A stretch of 64,000 bases of DNA from Octopus sinensis (GCF_006345805.1 NC_043006.1:54746001-54810000); one strand, 5' to 3'; shown: positions 48,226-61,829, counted from the first letter of the stretch. Made by a program: numbers and translations. Notes: generated from the letters alone by a model not told the origin.

Positions 48226-51200
48226 AAAAAAAAAAAGAATCTTGCAAACCTAATCCAAAAACGAAATAGAATAAAAGAATATATTTAAATAAAGAGAAGG
48301 AGATGGAGAAGAGGGAGTAGAGGGAATGTTAAGAGTTGTGAATGGAGGTAGGAAGGTCGTTTATTTATTCTTCTGATAGGCAATTATAAAAGAAATGCAG
48401 AAATTGTGGCAGTAAGTTGTTCAAGCCCGGCAAAGTAGTTGATGAGTCCTTGAAACATCAGTGAAAAAATTTGTTATTTGATAGACAATTTGTAAAGGAT
48501 GTCAATATATATGAAGGTGTGAAGAAACAGTGCTAGAAGTACTGCAAAACATTTTATCTGAAGTGCTAATGATTCTGTCAGTCCATTGCTAATCATCATC
48601 ATCATCATCATTATTATTTTTGTTATTATTATTATTGATATCTCCTTTTTCGCCCCTCACATCACAACTTAATCTGGTACAGATAAGGTTTTAAAAAGAT
48701 ATTATATAAAAAGTGAAAGTAGAAATCTCAACTAATGATGATGATGATGATAACAACAATAATCCTCCTCCTCCTCACCACCACTGTCATCATCATCATC
48801 ATCAACTTCATCATCAGTTCTGCTTTAATCATTCAGATCATCAAATTACTTGAAAAGTAAACAGATGCTGACACGCAAATGTTACATAATAATCTTTCTT
48901 ATAAGAGCCGCAACATTCTCTTCTCAGTAGTAACCCTGACTCTGTTACAACATTCCATTCATCTCCCCCCTCCCCAACTCTCAGGCAAACAGTGTTGCTG
49001 CTGTTACTACATATAACATTGTATATTCATATGTTTACAAATATTTGCCTTTCACAGTTATTTTCTTAGTGTAAATTCCTTGGCCAGCTGAATAGGAACT
49101 TTACCATTCCTGTAGAAATTCTGTTTGTAGAAACCAGGATCAGAATGATATAATTCTTGTTGTTGTTTAGTCCCAGAATAGCCCTGACTGAGCAGACTTA
49201 TCATCAAAGACATTCCAGTTATGTCCATTCTGTCTTTCTCTTGGCTATTATTGTATCTCCAGAATACAGTATCCTACGTGTCTCTTCAAATTATCAAGAC
49301 TAAAATGCAATCAAAGGGAAAACTGGCTTTTGTGTATGTCTTGTTGTCTAATACAGCTTCTTTGAATACTGTCTTCATGACTAGTCTTGTTATGAAGAAG
49401 AACACTGATACCTGTAAAGATTTTTGATAAACGAGATATTTATTCTTTTTGTAAACAAAGAAAAATGTTGTCATTACTATGAACATTAGGAATGTTAGAA
49501 TATTATTGTTCTTAGATTGGTGTGATTGTAGCAAAGGTCAAAATGTTAGCTGGTCCTTGTGTTGTTGTTGATGTTCATTCATTGTGGTTAGCTACTGGTC
49601 ATGCTGCTGTTTTCTGATGTCTTGTTTGTCACCTGTTCATTGCTTTTGTGTTGTCAGTTTGGGTCAACCGCTGTCCACCATCTGCTCACCATCTATCTAA
49701 GTAGCTAAGGTGCGCTGAATATATAGTTGGTGGTTAGGATCAGAAAGAAGCATGCCAAAAGGGGAAATTGTTGTTGGAACTAGCTTCATGCTAAGTCTTG
49801 ATTGGTCAGATATTTTTCCGTTGTTGTGGGTAATGTTCTTGTGAATTGCAAGAATATTGGATGACTAAAGCAGTTCCATGTGATACTGTGTCTTTTTATA
49901 ACCAGAAGCACATGTGAGGGATTGAATCAAAGTTTATTATTAATGCCTGCAACAAAATGGTGCATAAGGATGGATAGTTATAGTACTGAAACCACTTAAT
50001 ATTTTTTGGTAGAAGCTAATGTAGTAGGTAGTTGAATGAAAAGTCAGAAGCCACATAGAATAAGTGAAGGAGAGATGTTATGCAGTGGTAGAAAATTATC
50101 TTTGATTTGTATTCCCAGTTATATTATTTTGTAAGTCACTGAATTTTTGCATTTATTAATTAATATCTCTCCTCATTCATCTCATATTCCTTTCAATAAT
50201 TTTAAAAAGTTCATTTTTTAAAAATATTTTTGTCTAATTTTATATGCCACTGGTAGTATTTACCTAGTTTCAGAAATTCAAATATTAGGTTGAAAATTTT
50301 GAAATACACTTTTCATCTTAAATTGTTCACAGTTGTGTCAATTTTTCATCTGGAGATATTGAGAAAAAGTTATTGATGTTGTTTTCAGGCACAGTATATT
50401 TTGGACTGCATTATCCATTGTGTTCTTTCATGTCTAAAACAGTAGCTTGTGATTTTGTTTGGCGATTTGGCACTTACTTCTGATATATCAAATGAGTGCA
50501 TAGCCGCTTTCCCTCATTGATCCTTTTCAGAATTATGTTTGTGTATCTAGAAGCACTTTCAGGAAGACAACACCTTCCGTTTTGTCGGAATCAAATGCAT
50601 GAAGTTTAAGTTATGGTCAGGTTACTAGTAGTTCAGTCATTCTGTCAGCTCATACATAAGCTTGAGAGGAAGAAATAGAAACAAAGAAATACCCTTGCCT
50701 TTCTCTCTATCTCCACACACACATACACACACTTCACAACATAGTATGAGGTGGAAGAACTGTTGAACAGTAAATTGGTAGATTTGTCAACGAAAAAGTT
50801 CACCTTAGAACTGTGTTAAAATAGAAAGTCTATTTGCATAGACAATGCAATCCAATTATCTGGTCGTCTTTCTTTTTTGTGTAGTAATTTTATTACTACT
50901 TCTTGCCAGTAGATTAGTTTCTAGAGACAGTTAGACACCATAACTCTTAACCTTTGCTTCTCTTTATAAATAGGATTTAAAAAATATTTATTTTCAGTTA
51001 ATGTTGCTGTTAGTTTTAATAATTTTGAACATGAGCATGACAGCACACGTTTCAGGTGTAGGGCGGGGGGTGTTTTAGCTGGTTATATCAACTTGGATTG
51101 GCACTAATTTTTTATCAGTCCCCTAACAGATAATAGTGAAAGATGGCTCCAGCTTGAACTCCAGACATAGAGAGATGTAACTAAATATTACGAGGCATTT

Positions 51201-53396
51201 TGCTTACTGTTTTACTGATTCTGTCATTCGTATAGGTAAATAATGATTTCTGACATATTTTGGGAGAGTGGTAAGGTCAATTCATATTAATTTCTAATAG
51301 AAGCACAAGGTAACATATTGTAGAGGAAAACACAATTGATTATATTACCTCTAGTACTTCACTAGTACTCATTAGCTTCTACATTAGCTAGTAATAGCAG
51401 CCAAATTCCCCTCAAATCACAATCTGTTGTTAAGACAACAGGACTCAATGGATAATGTAGTCCCAGGTATGCTATATCTGAGAAAAAAATTGAAGACAAG
51501 AGGGTTCCATCTGGAATACCTTTGATCATATGTCTGCTCAATCAGGACTGATGTAGTACTAAAATACATCAACAACTCCCAGAAGGATGGAAGGCAATGT
51601 CCTTTTAGGTAGGATTTGAACTCAAAACAGAGATGTAATTAATATCTCAAGGTATTTTTTTCCATTGCTCTAATATTGGTTTCAAATTCTGGCATAAGGC
51701 CAGCAATTGTTGGGGTGGGTGTAAGTTGACTACATTGACCTCAGTGCCAACTGGTACTTATTTTATTTACCCCTGAAAAAATGCAAGGCAAAGTCGACCC
51801 TGGAAGCATTTGAATTCAGAATGTAAAGACAGAAGAAATTCCACTAAGCATTTTTTTCTGGCCTGGTAATGATTCTGTCAGCTCATTTCCTTTCATTGCT
51901 CTAATATTATTTACTGAAATTAGACGTATTGACCAGGTATGTTTTGTCTTAAATGTCCTTTGTACCACCTGATATTGCTGGGTATTTTGGGATAAGTATC
52001 TTGTGACTGTAGTCACTCATTTAAACAAATGGATTAGTGGGAAAGCTATAATCCTTTGCGTAGCACGTCCATACCATTAGTACGTGTTACAAAAGCTAAG
52101 GTTAATAATGTAATAGTGTGTATGGTGATTGTGGTGGTGGTAGCAACAGCAGTAGTAGTGACAGTAGCAGCAATGGTGGGAGTGGCAACAGTAGTGGCAG
52201 TGGTGGTGGTGGTGGTAGTAGAGAGAGTGAAATGAATGCTAAGTACAGAAACCAATTGTCTTGTAATTGAAATTGTTGTTTTATTGTTAATAGCTAGTCT
52301 CCAGGTTAATCCTGATTATCACCACCCAAACTGTTTTTACAAACAATATGTTCTGGGCTACATTAATTATCCCTTAGTACTTTCCCTTTTTAAGGGAGAT
52401 TTAACTATTTTGAGCAGGATGAGCAGCCACGTGGAGTTTCAATGTATCTCTGGTTAGCTATGTTTGTACAGTTCTTTAGTACAGAGGTAGAAGATTAACC
52501 CTTTAGCATAAAGATTACTTTGTCAAATGCAATGATACTGACAAGGCTATGAGCTGCACCAGATTCCGCAGTCTGTTCTATCTCAGTTTCTACAGCTTGA
52601 TGCCCTTTTTAATGCCAACCACTTTAGAGTGTAATGGATGATTTTTATGTGGCACCAACACCAGTACTTTTTACGTGGCACCAGCACCAGTGCTTTTTAT
52701 GTGACACTAGCACCAGTATGTTTTACCTGACATCAGCACCATTGCCCTTCATGGGCAAGCATTACTAAGGTGGTTGCAGGATACCAATTTTGTTCTGTTC
52801 TGTTGTGGTGGGTGGGTTGTCTAATATTTAACAGAAGGAAAAGTAAAACCAAGCAACTGGTTTTGGTAGTTGCAGTATTGGTGTTAGCAGTGGTGGCCAA
52901 TGTAGTTGGGTGTAGAGAGAAGACACTTAATACTAACAAGTTTGGACATTTTGTGGCTTATGTCTTCTCTTGACCAAATTTTCTCTCTCTCCTCTTTGTT
53001 CCTCTCAGCAGTCTACCGTGTATATGAACTCATGGTCCATGATCTAGCAGCCTAATACATTATCTTTTGCAGTATATTACTGAGGTTGATTAAATTGAAC
53101 TCAATACTTTGCTGGTACTTTATTTTATTGAACTTGGAAGGATGAAACTGTTGACACAGTTTGATTTAAGAACATAAAGAGACAAAAGTATATATGTCAT
53201 CTAGCTTATCAATATGATACTATGAAACTAATGCTAAGTACCAGACTCTCAGGGTTTTCGAAGCACTTAAAAGAAAATGATCTGTTGAGATGAAAAAATT
53301 GTGTTTTTTGTAATAATGATGATTTACTTTACTTAAATAACTATTTTTTTTTCAACTATTATTAATTCTCTATGTTTTTTTCTTTTCCTCTTACAG

Positions 53397-53495
53397 GAAG
53401 GTACGACGCCTTTAATATTAGCGTCAGCAAATAACCATTTAGAATGTGTACGGGAGTTGCTGCGACAAGGAGCAGATCCTCAGGCCAGACGACTG
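53397..53495 (+). CDS. ANKRD29: Next coding exon of the same gene, one 33-aa ankyrin repeat (EGTTPLILASANNHLECVRELLRQGADPQARRL)
   Basis: TCTTTTCCTCTTACAG acceptor ending at 53396, GTGAG donor at 53496; 99 nt, phase 0/0. Canonical G.TPL..A...H.ECVRELL..GAD ankyrin motif; splices in frame to the 31639-31749 exon. Confidence 0.9.
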
Positions 53496-55704
53496 GTGAG
53501 CATTTTGAGTTCTTATAAATCAGATTTGTACTGACAGTTGCTGTAATTCAAAGAGCCTTGTCTTATCACATTGAATGTGCTTCACATTATATTAAAAATA
53601 CACGAGTCTGTGGAATACTCAACTACTTAAATGGTAATGATTTCTTACATAGGTGCAGGTGTGGTTGATGGATAGGTGTGCTACCTAACCACATAGTTGT
53701 ATGGCACCTTGGGCAATTGTCTTCTATTATAACCCCAGATTGACCAAAGACTTGCAAGTAAATTTGGTAGACTCAAGCTGAAAGAGGCCAGGGTGGGGGT
53801 GTATTACTGACTCCTTGCCTTGACATCATGTAATAAGTTGTAAGCAAGTGTTACCATCATGCAAATGGTGTCCATTTCCAATCTTTCATGGGTACATGTC
53901 TAGCCCTGAGGAAATACTACCTTACTTGGAAACATATGAAGGTTGATGATAGGAAGAGCATGCATCTGGCCATAGAAAATCTACCACAGCAAAATTCCAT
54001 GTAACCTATGTGATCATGGAAAACTAGATGTTAAAATGATGATAATGATGATAATGATGTACAAAACCAAACACATTTATAATATGACTACAAATGGTGG
54101 GAAGCTGGCAGAATCATTAACATGTTGAGCAAAATGCTTATTAGCATTTTGTCCATCTTTATATTCTCATTTCAAATGCCATTGGATTCGACTATACCTT
54201 TCATCCTTTCAGGGTCGATAAAATATGTACCAGTTAAACACTGGGGTTGATGCAATCAACTTAGCCCCTCTCCTGAAATTGATGGACCTCTGTCAATATT
54301 TGAAACTAATATAATGACTACATAGAAGGCACTTTCTCAAGATTCTGCTCAGTGGGATTGAACCCAAGGCAATATGGTTGGAAAACAAAGCTTCTTAACC
54401 ACACAGCCATGCTTGCACACTAGCAGTTTTTATAAGGTATGTGTGTATGTGCATGCCTAATTATAGTTTCAGTCTGGATAGGTACTGTCTATCCAGTCTA
54501 AAATTATAAGTGTTAATGATTGGTTTCAAATTTTGGTACAAGGCCAGCAAATTCATGGGAGGAGCTAAGTCATTTTATATTGACCCCAGCTCTCTACTGA
54601 TACTTATTTTATTGACCCCTAAAGGATGAAAAGCAAAGTTGACTGATGAAATGCTTGCTACCTTATAAGTGTTAGTTATTGGTTTTAAATTTTGGCTCAG
54701 GGCCAGAAAGTTTGGGAGAAGGAGTAAATCAATTACATTGATCTCCTGTACATCATCATCATCATCATCTAGTGTTTTAAATCTGGGTTTTGTCCCCGTT
54801 AACGAGGGTAGCCAGATCTACCTCAATGCCATAGCAACTGAGGCAGGCAGATGCAGCCCACCCCAACCTTTGGGCTGACTGGTGCCCATTCTCCCTTGCT
54901 ATCATGAGGCTTCTTTGGAGCTGGATTTTCTACAGGGAGCATGCCCTTGCTTACCCCTAACCTCAGTTTCTAGACATGAGCGGTCCCAAGACCAAGGCCT
55001 CTACTATGATTCTTAAGAAATGTGGTGGAAAACTAGCTCAGGAAGGCAGTGACACCACTCCCTGGGACCCCTTTTATAGACCCCTATCTATGATATTTTA
55101 CCCCCCCCCCCAAGGATGAAGGGCAAAATCAACCTCGGCGGAATGTGAACACAGAACATAAAGACAGATGAAATGCCACTAAGCATTTTACCTGGCATGC
55201 TAATGGTTCTGCCAGCTTGGCACTTTGTAAAGTGTTAATTATTAAGAATAAGAAATAAGTGGTTACCAATTCATTATAAAAATGCTAAATTAATGGAATT
55301 TAAGTAGAATCTAGTGTGTTACTCAGTAAATGGCTGATGTAGACTAGCATAATACCCATGATGTTTCAAATTCAGTGTATGTCTATACTAAATGTAAACT
55401 ATTAACCCCACATGCTGTGAATTCAGTTTCATGGTACGTATTTTCGTATTTTCGTGTGATTATACTTCAGTTTCATGATACATACAGAGATATGATTATA
55501 CCTCCGTATGTATACTTACAGTGTGAAAGTGCCTGTATGTATGTATTACATTGAATGTGTATTTACCTCTGACTGAGATAATTGTAGGAGATATTATTTC
55601 ATGTGAATGTATAAAATGGCAATTATCAGTGTATGATATGTGTGTGTGTGAATAGGATATGTTTATATACATACAGGCACTTGTGTGTGTGTATGCGTGT
55701 GTAT

Positions 55705-55744
<40 letters not shown>

Positions 55745-56481
55745 ACACACACACACACATGTATTGGTTTGCAGGATAAGTTTCATTACTGTATTTCTGC
55801 TGAAATACTTTCCCTCTGTTTCGATTAATAATTAAAATAATTAAGAATTTAGTAAAATAATTTTGTGATTATTAAAGCTGGTGCTTAGAACTTAAACTAG
55901 CATGAAATTTTGATGGTAGATTTTAATTTAGATTGCCTTAAATGTTTTAAAGTTTATGTTCACCAGGGGTGGTCACTAGTGGATTGGATATCAAAAGGGT
56001 TAAAACTCTTGGTTCTTGAGTCACTTTTGTAACTTTTCTGCTGGTTATATGTGTATGTAAGGTGACGATCTGGCTGAATTGCTAGCACGTCGGACAAAAT
56101 GCCTAGTGGTATTTTTCCGTCTCTATGTTCTGAGTTCAAATGCTACTGAGGTTGACTTAGTCTTTTATCCTTCTGGAATCGATAAACTAAGTACCAGTTG
56201 AGCACTGGTGACACTTGAACTCAATACTATGCCATCAACAGTCCAACAGTTTAACCTCACAACCATTGTACTTCTTGTAATAAATTGCTGTAAACAAATG
56301 TAGAGGTAATCTGATGAAATGGATACAGTTTTTCACTTACTTTTCACTGGCTTTAGTTTGGTTTTTAGATCAATTTTTCCATGCTTGCGTGGGTTAGATG
56401 AATGTGTTATTGAGGTATTGTCTTACAACACTGGATACTCTTCCTGGTGCTAACCTGTTTTCCAAGTAAAGGATCTATTAT

Positions 56482-56702
56482 TCCTTTAGCATTCGTGTTA
56501 CTTTGTCAAATGTAATGCTTATTTATTTATATTGTTTTGAATTAGTCATGCATTAACTTGTAGCTTTGAGATTTCGATGATGTGGTTGTTTATTTTTAGA
56601 ATGATATTGTAGGGTTTGCTGTGAGAAGCCAAATCTGGCCCATTTGAATGTAAGACAAGTAGAATATTTGAGCTGGATATAGCCAGTTTAAATGCTAAAG
56701 AG
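56482..56702. mobile_element. MITE with CCTTTAGCATT termini (possibly piggyBac-type)
   Basis: TIRs CCTTTAGCATT / AATGCTAAAGAG; a reverse-oriented relative lies at about 40885-41098. Confidence 0.6.
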
Positions 56703-58695
56703 TTATTTCATACAACCATAATGCGAACAAATTATTTCCTGACAGTAGAAGTGATAACATCACTACTTGTAGGCCATGACTTGTGTAGAAGTGAACACAA
56801 ATGTAAACAAACACACACAAACATACATACATATATCTCACACTGTGGGCTTCTTTCAGTTTCCATCTACTGAATCTAGTCATAAGGCTTTGGTTAGCCT
56901 GAGGTTATAGCAGAAGACACCTAAAGTGCCATGTAGCTGGGAACAAGTTCATTTTGTCATATTGTTATTTTAGACATGTAGTTCTGCATACTACATCTAC
57001 CTGTCTGTCTGTCAGGAATATTGAGCAGGTTTTTCAGAGCTCTATTGCTAGATAACTGACAGTGCAAAGTTAGTATGGTGTATATTCTATTGTTGGATAA
57101 AACAGGTTATGGAAAGTTAAACCACTAACTCTTTTGCAATGTTAAGTCATTGACTCTGTTATGGAAAGTAAAGTTAAGCTACTGATTCTATTATGAAAAG
57201 TGAGGCCACTGGCTCTTCTGCTGCGATTATGTAAGGTAAATAAAATATTGATTTATGTGTGTCTGTGTGTGATAATGTTTCCTTTCCATCACTATTTAAC
57301 AGATAATTCCTTACTGCAGCATAATACAAAAAATATCAGGAATGAGGAATTGTTAATTTAATTATCAGTCACACTTTGTGATAGGTCGTTATTGTATTGA
57401 ACCTTGAGACATAAAATTTAGGGTTGGCTTTGGTAGAATTTGAATTCAGAACATCATTGTTGTCATTATCATCATCATCATCATCATCATCTGATGTCCA
57501 TTTTCCATGTTGGCATGGTTTAGACGGCTTGACAAGAACTGGGATGGTCAGGGGCTGCACAAGGTTCCATAGTCTGTTTTGGCTTGGTTTTTACAGCTGG
57601 ATGCTCTTCCTGATGCCAACCATTCCACAGAATGTACTGGGTGTTTTTTATATGGCACCATTACCAGTGCTTTTCACGTGGCACCAGCACTCACACCAAT
57701 GCTTTTTATGTGACACCTGAGGTCTTAGGATCTCAATTCTTTTGTTGTGGGTGGGCCTTCTTGAGTACAGCAATGCACCAAGCAATTAATCCATTATTTT
57801 AAATCTTCGCTGAGGTCGACTTTGCCTTTCATCCTTTTGGGGTCAATAAATTAAGTACCAGTAAAACTCTGGAGTCAATGTAATCGATTATCCCCCTCAC
57901 CCAAATTTCAGGCCTTGTGCCTATAATAGAGAGGATTATTTTTAATCTTTTTCTGCCTCCCTAATTGATATGGGTCAGCATTTAATGCTTTGGTGTTGTA
58001 TGTTTATTATCACGATGATATCCTCATTGTATTGTTATGACTACATTATCTGCTCCTCATATAGCATCATCTCATCCTGTACATAATCCTACTCTTATTC
58101 TAGCAAATGAGAGAAACTGTACACGATTGTTCAAACTACCAGAAGTAGCATCCAAATCTTCCCCAAATTACAACTTACCATCTTAGTATCTTAGGTAAGT
58201 AGATGGTTTATGGCATAGTTAAGAAGCTTGCCTCCCCAACCTTGTCATTGTAGTCCTGGACCAACAAAAACCTGATGAATGTGTTTTGTAAATGGAAACT
58301 GAAAGAAGCCTGTTTTGTGTCACTGTCATCATTATCATCATCATCATCATCATCACATTGCTATCATTTAATGTCCTTTTTCCATGCTGGTATGGGTTGT
58401 GCAGTTTCACAAGAACTGCTTATTTGTGTGTGTGTGTGTGTGGCGGCTTGTTTGGACAGCATGTAATGATTGCAAATGAGCACTATCATAATACAAATAA
58501 GGTTGTTCATTTCCAGTCTTCCATGAAAACAAGGGAAAATATTACTTGGCTTTGAAACAAGTGAGGGTTGATGACAGCAAAATCATCTGGCAGTAGAAAA
58601 TCTACCACAATAAAATTCTATCTGACCCATGCGGACATGGAAATGTGGACATTAAATGATGATGGGGGTGATGATGATGATATGTATATATATAT

Positions 58696-59170
58696 ATATA
58701 CAGTTGAAATTTATAGAAAAACAAAAGACAAAGACAGGTTTATGAACAGCAAGCAGGTGTATTATTTGATGTTTGGGAAAGTGAAAAAGTCTTTTATGTT
58801 TCAAGCCTACGCTCTTCAACAGAAAGGAATAAGAGAAAATAAACAGAGAGAGAATAAAAAAAAAAACTTGTGGATATAGCAGTCCAGCATGGCAACTGAT
58901 TAGAAAAAAATCCAGATGGTGTGTGGTGTGGGTGCTGGGAAGTGGTCAGTGCTAGTGTGTGTGCATCTGTAATGTGTGGGTGCTCATATAGTAGTATGAG
59001 TGACGCTATAGGTGACGCTATTGAAGATTGTGTGTGGGTGTGTGAATGATGGTGTTTGGGTGTGTGGATGATAGTGTGTAGTGTGGGTGCTGGGATGTGA
59101 TCAGTGCTAGTGTGTGTGCTGGTGTATATGTATATATGTGTGTGTATGTGTATGCATGTAACTCTATAAA
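58696..59170 (-). mobile_element. Non-coding hammerhead-bearing element
   Basis: On the minus strand: CA-rich tract, pyrimidine tract, hammerhead motif, T-rich tail ending in (TA)n. Confidence 0.55.
58791..58826 (-). ncRNA. Hammerhead-like motif with a CUGUUGA core
   Basis: Reverse complement CTTT-CTGTTGA-A-GAGC-GTAG-GCTT-GAA-ACAT-A-AAAG. Confidence 0.5.
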
Positions 59171-61037
59171 CAAACTGCTGAAATTGCATTTTTCTTTTCA
59201 TACCCTTCTGTCTTTCAAACATCTGAAGATTACATTATATGGTTTCATGTCCAATTATGTTTGGACAGTTACTCCTTTTCTATAGAATAAATCACAATAC
59301 AATGACAATACTTGAAAGAGAGTGAACAATAGTTAGAAGTAACTCCAGAAAAATCTCAGCTTCATATAAAGAGATTAAATGTTTTTATAGATAATTGACA
59401 TATAAGGATGGTGCTAATTTTTCAATAAATGTTGTGTTGTTACTTGTCAAACTGACTGAAGAAGGACAACACTTAAATATGTTCACTCTCTAGCAAAAGA
59501 GTTGAAATTATGTCAAAACTCAAGTAATTTCATACAAAGTTATTTCACAGAATTCACAATAAATTCTTAAGTAAAATTTGTTATCTGTGTGTATGTGAGT
59601 TTGTGTCCATGATTGCCTTTTTATTTATATTTATTGGTGTAAACAGTTCCGTTGTGCCTCATTATGTATAAATATGCAATTTAACAATTTGATAGACTCC
59701 TGAGTTCAACAGAACCTACTAAATTACTTGTGGGTAGTGTCCCAGCATGGCTATAGTACAATGACTGAAACCAGTACAGGACTGGTGTACATATATATCG
59801 TCGTCGTCTGTCCCTTTTCTATGCTGGCATGGGTCAGACAGTTTGGCTAGAGCTGGAAAGCTGGAGAGCTGCACCAGGTTCTGCTTGTGTGTTTTGGTAT
59901 GGTTTCTGTGCTGGATGCCCTTCCTAACACCAACCACTTTACAGAGTGTACTGAGTTTATGGTGTATCCATGACAAAGTTACTTCATTTGCAATGTTTCA
60001 TCCTCTTAGGTATTTTAGCAGGTACCACACAAATGTACAACTTGTTGCATGCACTGTCAAAGTAAGATTAGTAGTGTTAAAAGTCCAATTTTTCTTTTGG
60101 AGTCATTTTGGAGTTGGCCGAGCTCTACAAAGTTGACTAACCTCTTGACACACCATGTACTGAACAAACTTTAGATGTGCCACAAAGATATTAAGAACAG
60201 TTAAAAGAAGTTGTTTTGAGCAAATAAAACAAACATTAACTGAATAAAGAATGCAATTTGTGTAGAACTTAATATTTATTACAAACAATTTTCTTATTGA
60301 TTGTAACTTTGAAGTTATACCAGTCAGAGCTTGTTTAAACAGTATGTATAGCATCATCATTTAATGTCCTTTTCCATGCTGGCATGGGTTGGACAGTTTG
60401 ACAAGAGCTGGCAAACCAGAGGACTGCACCAAGCTCGCTTGTCTACTTTGGCATGGTTTCTATGGCTAGATGTCCTTCCTGATGCCATCCACTTTACAAT
60501 GTATACTGGGTGTTTTTTTTGTGTGATACTAGCAGGGTCACCTAATAACTTACAAGGCAAAACCCCCTTGATTGGGAGGGTAAGTAGTATTGAGGGAAAT
60601 GGCATTGTGCTAATTGATGAGAGGTTAAAAAAGATAATACAGGGATAGAGGTAGGCACCTTGCTGTAGAAGAGATGCAAGGATAATCCATTTGGGAAAGA
60701 AAGGAGAGAAAGAGAGGCTTAGAGTGAAAGATAGAGAAGAAGAGAGTGAGAGAGAGGGTAGTGGAGATGTGTCAGGAAATACCCTCAAAGTACAGTGGAG
60801 GGGTATATGAAGATTGGACTGGGTGAGTGGGCAGGAGGGATAGTGGGGTAAGTTTCATAAGAATGTGGAGAGATAATTAGAGATGGGATAGGGGCAATTT
60901 TAGCAAGTGGTTGCCAGAAATATAGGAGTGGGGCTCAGAGGGAGCTACAGTATATATCTGAGGGTACTGGGAGTGACAACAGATAAGATAGCTGTTGGAG
61001 ATATGTAAATATATATGTGTATATGTGTGTATATATA

Positions 61038-61333
61038 TCATCATCATCATCATCGTTTAACGTCTGTTTTCCATGCTAGCATGGGTTGGATGATTTGACT
61101 GAGGACTGGCGAACCAGATGGCTGCACCAGGCTTCAGTCTGATCTGGCAGAATTTCTACAGCTGGATGCCCTTCCTAACACCAACCACTCTGAGAGTGTA
61201 GTGAGTGCTTTTACTTGCCACCGGCACAAGGGCCAGTCAGGTGGTACTGGCAACGGCCATGCTCGAAATGGTGTTTTTTATGTGCCACCTGCACAGGAGC
61301 CAGCCCAGCAGCACTGGCAACGACCTCACTCAA
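61038..61333 (-). mobile_element. Family-D retroposon with an unexpanded internal module
   Basis: (CAT)nCGTTTAACGTCTGTTTTCCATGCTAGCATGGGTTGG tail; internal TTTTTATGTGCCACC module present about twice, against ten-fold at 25503. Confidence 0.85.
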
Positions 61334-61459
61334 TATATATATATATATGTATTTATGTATGTTTTTATGTATGTATTTATGTATGTATATGTATATACAT
61401 GTGTATATATGTGTGTGTGTATATATATATATGTATATGTATATACATGTATATATATA

Positions 61460-61481
<22 letters not shown>

Positions 61482-61490
<9 letters not shown>

Positions 61491-61769
61491 TATATGTAGA
61501 AAAATACAAACTGGGACAAGAACGTAAAACATTTAGAAGACGATACAAAAAACATGGATGGGACATTCGAAGCCTTCAGTCTTCAGTCAAGAACCGGATC
61601 ATCCTAGCAATTTCAGCTGATTAATCTAATCAGCCGAAATTGCTAGGATGATCCGGTTCTTGACTGAAGATTGAAGGCTTTGCATGTCCCGTCCGTGTTT
61701 TTTTGTATCGTCTTCTAAATGTTTTACGTTCTTGTCCCAGTTTGTATTTTTCTACATATAATATATATA
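61482..61769. repeat. 288-bp near-perfect palindrome
   Basis: Arms 61482-61623 and 61627-61769, 3-nt loop ATC; 6 substitutions and 1 indel by eye. Confidence 0.95.
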
Positions 61770-61829
61770 GCGGCGTCCGTACCCTCTTTGGCCTTATGTA
61801 AGTATATATATATATAATTAATAAAAAAA

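Noticed and set aside
58272-58300. CTGATGA...GAAAC match
   Set aside because: It is a decayed family-A SINE segment (CCTTGTGAGTGGATTTGGTAGACGGAAAC) with no stem II.
59451-59490. ACTGA-CTGAAGA-A-GG-ACAACA-CT-TAA-ATATGT-TCACT hammerhead-like remnant
   Set aside because: GAAA is mutated, stem II is only about 2 bp and stem I is out of register; too decayed to call.
61662-61695. CTGAAGA...GAA-TGTC in the palindrome arms as a hammerhead
   Set aside because: GAAA is incomplete, the stem II loop is too short and there is no stem I pairing.
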